Origin: Caldimicrobium thiodismutans
GTDB lineage: Bacteria; Desulfobacterota; Thermodesulfobacteria; Thermodesulfobacteriales; Thermodesulfobacteriaceae
Length of the DNA stretch: 32,000 nucleotides
Assembly (NCBI RefSeq): GCF_001548275.1
Contig: NZ_AP014945.1
Location: 1 to 32,000, forward strand
Direction of reading: 5' to 3'
The position numbers and the translations under genes were made by a program. This document shows positions 26,231-32,000 of the stretch, piece by piece; the first letter of the stretch is position 1, and the number at the start of each line of letters is the position of its first letter. The notes under the pieces were generated by a model. That model saw nothing but the letters and a program-made list of their open reading frames with translations, made no database searches and was not told the DNA's origin.

Positions 26231-27157
26231 ATGGGAGGTTCTTTGAATAGAGAAAGCCTCATAGAGGAGATTTTAGCACTTAAGGAAAAAAGAAAGGCCA
26301 TTATTTTGGCTCATAATTATCAGCCTCCAGAAATACAAGATATTGCGGATTTAAGGGGAGATTCCCTTGAGTTAAGTCTTAAGGCCAGTAAGACTGATGC
26401 AGAGGTCATTGTTTTTTGTGGCGTTTTTTTTATGGCTGAGACCGCCAAAATAGTTTCCCCCCAAAAAAGAGTTTTAATCCCTGTTGCAGGAGCCTGTTGT
26501 GATATGGCCAATATGCTCTCCCCTGAAGAGGTGGTAAGGCTTAGAGAGAAATATCCAGGTATTCCTGTGGTAACTTATGTTAATTCCACTGCAGAGGTAA
26601 AAGCTTTGAGTGATATTTGTTGCACATCTGCTAACGCTGTCAAAGTGGTGGGGACTTTTTCTGAAAAAAAAATTCTAATGCTCCCTGATATGAATCTGGC
26701 AAGATATGTGCAAAGATTTTATCCAGATAAGGAAATAATATATTTTGAGGGTTTTTGTCCCTTTCACCATCTCCTTTCTCCTGAGGATATTTATCAAGCC
26801 AAAGCGGAGCATCCTGAAGCTATTTTTATTGCTCACCCTGAATGCAGACCTGAGGTGATTGATCTTGCTGACTATGTGGCTTCAACCAGTGGAATGTTAA
26901 GGCTCGCAAAGGAGCTTCCCCATGAAGAATTTATCATAGGAACAGAAATTGGTCTTCTTTATCCTTTAAGTAAAGTTGCCCCTGAGAAAAAGTTTTATCA
27001 TCCTGCTCCTGATAAGATGCTTTGTCCTTCGATGAAAAAGACCCGCCTTGAGGATGTCCTTAATGCCCTTAAAAATTTTGAATTTGAAGTAACCTTACCT
27101 GAAGAGATTAGATCTAAGGCCTATCAGGCTGTCAAAAGAATGCTTGAACTGAGTTAA
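26231..27157 (+). CDS. nadA: quinolinate synthase
   Basis: NadA family layout (ILAHNYQPPEIQDIAD, three-fold repeat architecture, conserved Cys residues). 308 aa. Confidence 0.9.
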   Translation: MGGSLNRESLIEEILALKEKRKAIILAHNYQPPEIQDIADLRGDSLELSLKASKTDAEVIVFCGVFFMAETAKIVSPQKRVLIPVAGACCDMANMLSPEEVVRLREKYPGIPVVTYVNSTAEVKALSDICCTSANAVKVVGTFSEKKILMLPDMNLARYVQRFYPDKEIIYFEGFCPFHHLLSPEDIYQAKAEHPEAIFIAHPECRPEVIDLADYVASTSGMLRLAKELPHEEFIIGTEIGLLYPLSKVAPEKKFYHPAPDKMLCPSMKKTRLEDVLNALKNFEFEVTLPEEIRSKAYQAVKRMLELS

Positions 27158-28036
27158 TTAAGAGATAAGTCTCCTTAGGGCTTCAAGGTATTTCTCTCTG
27201 GTCTTATGAACAATCTCAGAAGGTATTTCAGGAGGAGGAGATCCATCTTTCCAGCCAGAATTTTTTAACCAATCCCGGATAAATTGTTTGTCAAAGCTTT
27301 TCTGATGTCTGCCCGGTTGATACTCCTCCTTTGGCCAAAATCTTGAGGAATCTGGTGTTAATACCTCATCTACAAGGATAAGCTTATCTTTATAGACTCC
27401 GAATTCAAACTTAGTATCTGCAATAATAATACCTCTTGTTTCCGCATAGGAACTTGCTTTTTTATAGAGATTTAAAGATATCTCCTTTACCTTTTCAGCA
27501 ACTTCTTCTCCAGTTATCCTTTTCATCTCCTCAAAACTAATATTAATATCATGCTTTCCAAGCTCAGCTTTTGTGGAGGGAGTAAAAATGGGTTCAGGAA
27601 GTTTATCACTTTCCCTTAATCCCTTGGGCAATTTTAACCCACAGATCTCTCCTTTTTCCTGATATTCCTTCCAGGCAGATCCAGAAAGGTAACCTCGCAC
27701 AATACACTCAACTGGAAGAACTTTGGCCTTTTTTACAAGCATACTCCTATCTTTAAGAATCTCTTCGTAGGGCTTTAAGACCTCAGGATACTCCTTAACA
27801 TCAGCGGTTATAAGATGGTTCTCCACGATATCCTTAAGAAAATTTAGCCAGAAAAGGGTCATAAGGGTGAGTATTTTTCCCTTTTCAGGAATAGGAGTAG
27901 GAAGAACTACATCAAAAGCTGAAATGCGGTCTGTAGCAACAATTAAAAGAGAATCCCCAAGGTCATAAATATCACGCACCTTTCCTCTATGTAGGAGAGG
28001 GACACTGGTTAGATTTGTTTCAAAGAGAGCCAGCAA
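27158..28036 (-). CDS. purC: phosphoribosylaminoimidazole-succinocarboxamide (SAICAR) synthase
   Basis: GKVRDIYD, ATDRISAFD and ADTKFEFG motifs. TTG start preceded by GAGGAG. The stop abuts the nadA stop with no spacer. Confidence 0.9.
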   Translation of the reverse strand: MLALFETNLTSVPLLHRGKVRDIYDLGDSLLIVATDRISAFDVVLPTPIPEKGKILTLMTLFWLNFLKDIVENHLITADVKEYPEVLKPYEEILKDRSMLVKKAKVLPVECIVRGYLSGSAWKEYQEKGEICGLKLPKGLRESDKLPEPIFTPSTKAELGKHDINISFEEMKRITGEEVAEKVKEISLNLYKKASSYAETRGIIIADTKFEFGVYKDKLILVDEVLTPDSSRFWPKEEYQPGRHQKSFDKQFIRDWLKNSGWKDGSPPPEIPSEIVHKTREKYLEALRRLIS

Positions 28037-28050
28037 AGAAAGATTCTCCT

Positions 28051-28389
28051 CTAAGCAGATAAACGTGCAAGTTTGCGGGTTTTCTTTTTAAAGGCGCTTG
28101 CAAGTCTTCTATATCTTTCGTATTTAATCCAATCTTTATTTTTTTTAGCCTCATCTGCTAAAGCCTTAAATTTTTTGACCTTGGCTTTTATTTCTCGTAT
28201 GGAGGCACCAACTTTTTTTGGCTCTTCCTTTATGCCGTAAACCTTTTTTAAAGCAGAGATGAGTTCCTCTTTATTCATTCCATGCACACCAGAGATTTCA
28301 GGAATCTGAAGGGCAATTTCTCTGAGCTCTTTGATGGTCATCTTTTCAAGTTTTTTTTCAAGCTTTGGTAGTTCCTTATTTTCCTCCAT
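28051..28389 (-). CDS. small basic protein with Rho_N/SAP-like helix-hairpin domain
   Basis: MTIKELREIALQIPEISGVHGMNKEELISALKKV resembles the Rho termination factor N-terminal (Rho_N) motif. The C-terminus is K/R-rich. Start set to ATG 28389, 7 nt after AGGAGG. The track start at 28497 has no RBS. Confidence 0.7.
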   Translation of the reverse strand: MEENKELPKLEKKLEKMTIKELREIALQIPEISGVHGMNKEELISALKKVYGIKEEPKKVGASIREIKAKVKKFKALADEAKKNKDWIKYERYRRLASAFKKKTRKLARLSA

Positions 28390-28667
28390 CGACATACCTC
28401 CTACAATTTTTTTGTTTATAATATAAGCATGTCTCCTTTGCTCAATTTTGTCCCTCAACTCCCAAAAGCCTGGTTGGGCTAAATGCTTTCGCCACATGGG
28501 AGGATAGAGTAAGGGACAACTTTAATTCTATTCCCATCAAAAATTTAATAAAAGGATTAATAATTCCGAGGTGATTTGCCATGGCTAACATTTTTACCTT
28601 ACCCTATTTTCTGATAGTTGACTCCCAAGGATTTTTTAGATTTTTAAAATACCATCAAATTTCAAGA

Positions 28668-28948
28668 ATTCAAGCTAATGTATGCTTCCATATCTTTTGA
28701 GACTTAAGAAGATTATTCTCCTACCTCGGTTGTAGGAAAATGAACCTGTATTTTGTAGGGGTAATCCTGTGCGTTTGCCCTCTTTTGGTAGATCTATGTG
28801 TTTGCCTGTTATGTGATCCTTTATAGTATTGGGCAGACACGCAAAGATTGGGCAGTCACTATAGATTTGCCCATCTTCTCACCTCTCACTTCTCACCTCT
28901 CACTTCTTACCACTCTTCCTTTTTCTTGTAAGGATATGAACCTATGCA
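28668..28948 (-). repeat. MITE-like modular dispersed repeat, copy C (full length, expanded arrays)
   Basis: The reverse complement reads TGCATAGGTTCATATCCTTACAAGAAAA plus (GTRAGAR)x5. Four GC-rich GGGCA-type units follow, then TTTTCCTACAACCGAGGTAGGAGAA...TTCTTAAGTCTCAAAAGATATGGAAGCATACATTAGCTTGAAT. It is collinear with copy A. Confidence 0.85.
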
Positions 28949-28981
28949 GAATATTGTGATCCCTGGATCTTTTTCTTATCT

Positions 28982-29602
28982 TTAAAAGGGAATAAAATTT
29001 TTTATACCGTGAAAGATATATTCTATGGCAATACTTGCCAAAATAAGTCCCAGAAGTCTCACTACAGCCTTTGTTCCCAGATCTCCAAAAAATTTGAAAA
29101 TTTTGTTTGAATGGGAAAGAATAAGATAGGTAATTCCTGCCACAAGAAGGATGGTTGTAAACACCGTCAATTTTTCCGGAAGCCCCCTTCCTTCAGTGAG
29201 GATAATAACAGTTGTTATAGCTCCTGGGCCTGCAAGATAGGGAATCCCAAGGGGGACTACGGAGACATCTTCTTTTTTTTGAACCTCTCTTTCCTCTTCA
29301 GGTGTTGCCTTGGCACTCCTTTCTTTTCCAAGAAGCATTTCCATAGCAGTTAAAAATAAGAGGATACCACCAGCAATTTTAAAGGATGGAAGAGAGATAT
29401 TAAAAAAAGAAAGGAGATAGTTGCCAAAGAAAAGAAAGAGTGATAAGGTAATAAGTATAGTCAGACTTGCTCTTAAGGCAATCCTTCTTTTATCTTTTTC
29501 GCTGTAATTTGCGGTAATGCTTAAAAAAAAAGGGGCTCCTCCAATGGGGTCAATAATGGTAAAAAGGGCAATGAAAGATTTTAAAAAGAAGGCTAAGTCC
29601 AT
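28982..29602 (-). CDS. MarC family (UPF0056) integral membrane protein
   Basis: N-terminal FIALFTIIDPIGGAPFFLS signature. About six TM helices. 206 aa. Confidence 0.85.
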   Translation of the reverse strand: MDLAFFLKSFIALFTIIDPIGGAPFFLSITANYSEKDKRRIALRASLTILITLSLFLFFGNYLLSFFNISLPSFKIAGGILLFLTAMEMLLGKERSAKATPEEEREVQKKEDVSVVPLGIPYLAGPGAITTVIILTEGRGLPEKLTVFTTILLVAGITYLILSHSNKIFKFFGDLGTKAVVRLLGLILASIAIEYIFHGIKNFIPF

Positions 29603-30480
29603 TTTCTTTTTAAGTAGAAAAGAATTCCAGGAAGGGCTGAAAGCAATATCAAACTATAACCAAGTAGACCAATGGAGACCCCATACTCAACAGGATAATG
29701 AAGTAAATAGAGGAAATAACTTAAGGTGCCTTCCCTGACTCCAAGACCTGAAATACTCAAAGGAAGAGCAGCAAGAAAACTTATAACCGGAATAATCACA
29801 AAAAACTGACTAAGAGAAATATTAACCCCAAGAGAATTCCCGAGAAAGACAAATTGAAAAACAAAAAGGATTTGAATAAGGAGACCTAAAAAAAGAGGTT
29901 TTAAAACAAAAGGCAATCTCAAGGGATTAAAAAAGGGTTCCTTTAAAATAAAAGTCAAAAATAAGCTGAAAAGCAGAAAGACTGCAAGAGAGGTATAAAC
30001 GATTAAAAGAAAGAGAAAGCGTATTTTTGAAGGCAAAAATTCTGAATAAAGGGGTAAAGAAATGGAAAGGATTAACATGATACCCAGGAGTCCAAGGGCT
30101 CTATCCAAAACTACACTGAAGCTTGCCTTTTTCCAATTTAACCCAGCCCTGGTTAAACAATAAGATCTTAAAGCATCACCTGCTATGATGCCAGGAAAAA
30201 TAGTATTAAGAGAAAAGCCCATAAGATAATTTCTGAGGTAAAAAAAGAGTTTTTCCCGAAAATTCCATGCTGAGCAAATCGTTTTCCATCTAACAGCTAC
30301 AAGAACTTGAAAGGTTATTACACAAAAAAGAGCAAGGATATAATCATAAATCTTCATGCTTTTCCAAAGGGCAAAAATTTTTTCAAAGTCGGTTTTTTTG
30401 AAAAGATAAAAAAGAATTCCAAAGGAGATTCCAAAGCGAAGAAGAATTAAAAAAGCGGATTTGACTTTTTTAAATTCCAT
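29593..30480 (-). CDS. UPF0104 / lysylphosphatidylglycerol-synthase-TM-like (flippase-like) membrane protein
   Basis: Polytopic. The conserved C-terminal LPLSISGLGVREG motif is typical of this family. Overlaps both neighbours by 10-11 nt. Confidence 0.8.
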   Translation of the reverse strand: MEFKKVKSAFLILLRFGISFGILFYLFKKTDFEKIFALWKSMKIYDYILALFCVITFQVLVAVRWKTICSAWNFREKLFFYLRNYLMGFSLNTIFPGIIAGDALRSYCLTRAGLNWKKASFSVVLDRALGLLGIMLILSISLPLYSEFLPSKIRFLFLLIVYTSLAVFLLFSLFLTFILKEPFFNPLRLPFVLKPLFLGLLIQILFVFQFVFLGNSLGVNISLSQFFVIIPVISFLAALPLSISGLGVREGTLSYFLYLLHYPVEYGVSIGLLGYSLILLSALPGILFYLKRKWT

Positions 30481-31423
30481 TTTTGAAAACTCTTAGATAA
30501 CTTATGTAAGGCTTTTCTTTCTGGTGAAGGGGATTTTCAATTATGGCAACTAATCTTCCTTTAGGATCCAGAAGGCGAATCCACTTTTCTGTAAGGGATA
30601 AACTTAATTTTTGAAATTTGATCAAGGATAAAAAGGCGGTTCGATTAATTAAATGCCCTTCCCTTACTCTTTGCGAAAAATCTTCACTAATTGTGACCTT
30701 AGGAAGGAACTCAAGGGCTTTGGAGAGGGGGATCAGAATTTCCTTTATTTTTTCTGGATTATTTTTTACTATATTCTGAATTTCTTCAAGGGTGTGGGCC
30801 TGCTCAAGGGTAAAGATACTCTTTTGAGTTCTTCTAAGAGAGGCAAGGACCGCTCCACAGCCTAATTTTTCACCCAACTGGTGCACTAAGCTTCGCACAT
30901 AAGTTCCCTTAGAGCATTTAAGATAAAAGGTGCATCTTCCCTCTTTAAAGTTTTTAATTTCAAACTGATAGACCTTTATTTTTTTAGGTGCCTTTGGAAT
31001 TAAGAGGCCATCTCTTGCATATTTATAAAGAGGTCTTCCTCTGAATTTGGCAGCTGAATAGGGAGGAGGAATCTGCTCAAATTCACCCAAAAAATCTTTA
31101 ACTACTCCTTGGATTCTTTCAAGAGTTATATCCTTAACCTCATATCTTGCCAGAACCTCTCCGGTTATATCGTAAGTATCTGAAGTAAGGCCAAGCTGGA
31201 ACTCTCCTTCATAAGCCTTATCACCTTCAAGAAAGATCTGGGCAACTTTGGTAGCTTCATTCAAAAAAATAGGTAAAACCCCTGTTGCAATAGGATCAAG
31301 GGTTCCTCCATGTCCAGCTTTTTTAACCTTGAGAAGTTTTTTAATCTTTTCTAAAGCAGAAGTTGAGGTTTCCCCTGTTGGCTTATCCAAGACAAGAATT
31401 CCACTTATGCCCTTTTCTTTCAC
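30470..31423 (-). CDS. truB: tRNA pseudouridine(55) synthase TruB with C-terminal PUA-like region
   Basis: GILVLDKPTGETS, the catalytic-Asp motif GHGGTLDPIATG, and YSAAKFRGRPLYKYAR. Confidence 0.92.
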   Translation of the reverse strand: MKEKGISGILVLDKPTGETSTSALEKIKKLLKVKKAGHGGTLDPIATGVLPIFLNEATKVAQIFLEGDKAYEGEFQLGLTSDTYDITGEVLARYEVKDITLERIQGVVKDFLGEFEQIPPPYSAAKFRGRPLYKYARDGLLIPKAPKKIKVYQFEIKNFKEGRCTFYLKCSKGTYVRSLVHQLGEKLGCGAVLASLRRTQKSIFTLEQAHTLEEIQNIVKNNPEKIKEILIPLSKALEFLPKVTISEDFSQRVREGHLINRTAFLSLIKFQKLSLSLTEKWIRLLDPKGRLVAIIENPLHQKEKPYISYLRVFKNGI

Positions 31424-32000
31424 AGATATTCCTCTAAGGTCTTTTGAAAATCCTTTAAAAAGTCTTCAAGCGATATATTATTCACAGTAAAACCACAAGC
31501 AAATCTATGTCCTCCCCCTCCATACCTTTTGGCTAATGGTAAAACCTCAACAGGAGCCTTACTTCTTAAACTTACTTTGATCACCTTTGGTTTGGACTCT
31601 TTAATAAAAGCAGAGATCTTAACCCCCCTTATTGAGCGCATAAAACCAGCTAAATCATTTAAGGCCTTCTCTCCTCCAAGAGCCTTCAGCTCCTCAAAGG
31701 TTAGGTAGGAAAAGGCAATGGTTTTATCTTTTAAAAAGGTTAACTTTTGGAGAAGGCTCTTGAGAGCCTCAATCTGAGAAAAAGGGATATTTTCAAAAAG
31801 CTCTCTGGCTATGTATGATGGTCTTGCCCCGTAATCCAGAAGCTCCTGAGCTACCTTAAATATATCTCCTTTAACATTTTCATAACGGAAACCACCTGTA
31901 TCATAATAAAGACCTGCAAGTAGGTTTTCTGCAATATCAGGAGTAATTTTTATGTTCAGCGCCTTTAATACACGAAAGATTAAAACTGTAGTTGAGGCCT
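31420..32000 (-). CDS. DHH/DHHA1 family phosphoesterase (NrnA-like), 5'-truncated by the window edge
   Basis: My manual translation of the minus strand stays open from 31420 to the window end. It reads ...LAGLYYDTGGFRYEN...GGGGHRFACGF (DHHA1 GGGH). The track lists only the last 73 aa because it requires an ATG. ATGA-type 4-nt overlap with truB. Confidence 0.85.
   Translation of the reverse strand, partial: ASTTVLIFRVLKALNIKITPDIAENLLAGLYYDTGGFRYENVKGDIFKVAQELLDYGARPSYIARELFENIPFSQIEALKSLLQKLTFLKDKTIAFSYLTFEELKALGGEKALNDLAGFMRSIRGVKISAFIKESKPKVIKVSLRSKAPVEVLPLAKRYGGGGHRFACGFTVNNISLEDFLKDFQKTLEEYL

Noticed and set aside
28442-28591. 49-codon minus-strand ORF (MLAMANHLGIINPF...) in the leader of the Rho_N-domain gene
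   Set aside because: The RBS is weak (AAGGT), it falls below the size threshold, and it has no recognisable motif. It is kept only as a note within the leader finding.
28875-28913. Heptamer and GC-rich tandem units considered as a possible CRISPR array
   Set aside because: The units are 7 nt, or about 30 nt and directly abutting, with no unique spacers. No cas genes are present. The arrays are internal parts of a dispersed repeat.

Overview
Visibly AT-rich, very gene-dense bacterial chromosome segment that opens with dnaA, so it probably lies at or near the start of the replicon record. I support about 33 protein genes, one tRNA-Gly(GCC) and a partial gene at the right edge. Nearly all genes are housekeeping, and many are linked by 1-20 nt overlaps. 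They include:
- Replication and nucleotide metabolism: dnaA, rarA, dCMP deaminase, pyrG, purC.
- Central and cofactor metabolism: a GlcD-like FAD oxidase, glyA, a four-subunit 2-oxoacid:ferredoxin oxidoreductase operon (gamma-delta-alpha-beta), a short aconitase, ispD, nadA, mobB.
- Envelope, transport and proteolysis: htpX, an MsbA-like ABC exporter, an MltB-like transglycosylase, an M24 peptidase.
- Regulation and RNA processing: a sigma-54-dependent two-component pair, a PHP phosphoesterase, truB, an NrnA-like DHH protein.

Protein composition (K/E/I/L-rich), the archaeal/Thermotoga-style POR operon and the short aconitase suggest a thermophilic anaerobe. That is inference only.

I found no CRISPR array, transposase, integrase, prophage, or recognisable defence or toxin-antitoxin genes, and no convincing novel multi-gene system.

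The most unusual content is non-coding. Three of the five sizeable intergenic regions each hold a copy of one modular, MITE-like repeat: 11890-12149 (+), 15008-15120 (+) and 28668-28948 (-).
- The arms are conserved and the termini are imperfect inverted repeats.
- Two internal arrays vary in copy number: a Shine-Dalgarno-like GGTRAGA heptamer and a GC-rich GGGCA...CCCCTACA unit.
- The conserved right end finishes in a TTGACA-like -35 box that points at the downstream gene (tRNA-Gly, htpX, and a small Rho_N-domain gene).

Secondary observations:
- A 21-bp (7-aa) tandem repeat inside a tail-anchored coiled-coil gene.
- One perfect sigma-54 promoter consensus inside htpX.
- A polyferredoxin-like membrane protein whose 3' end overlaps mobB convergently.
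- An unassignable 225-aa ORF after ispD.
- dnaA without an adjacent dnaN.
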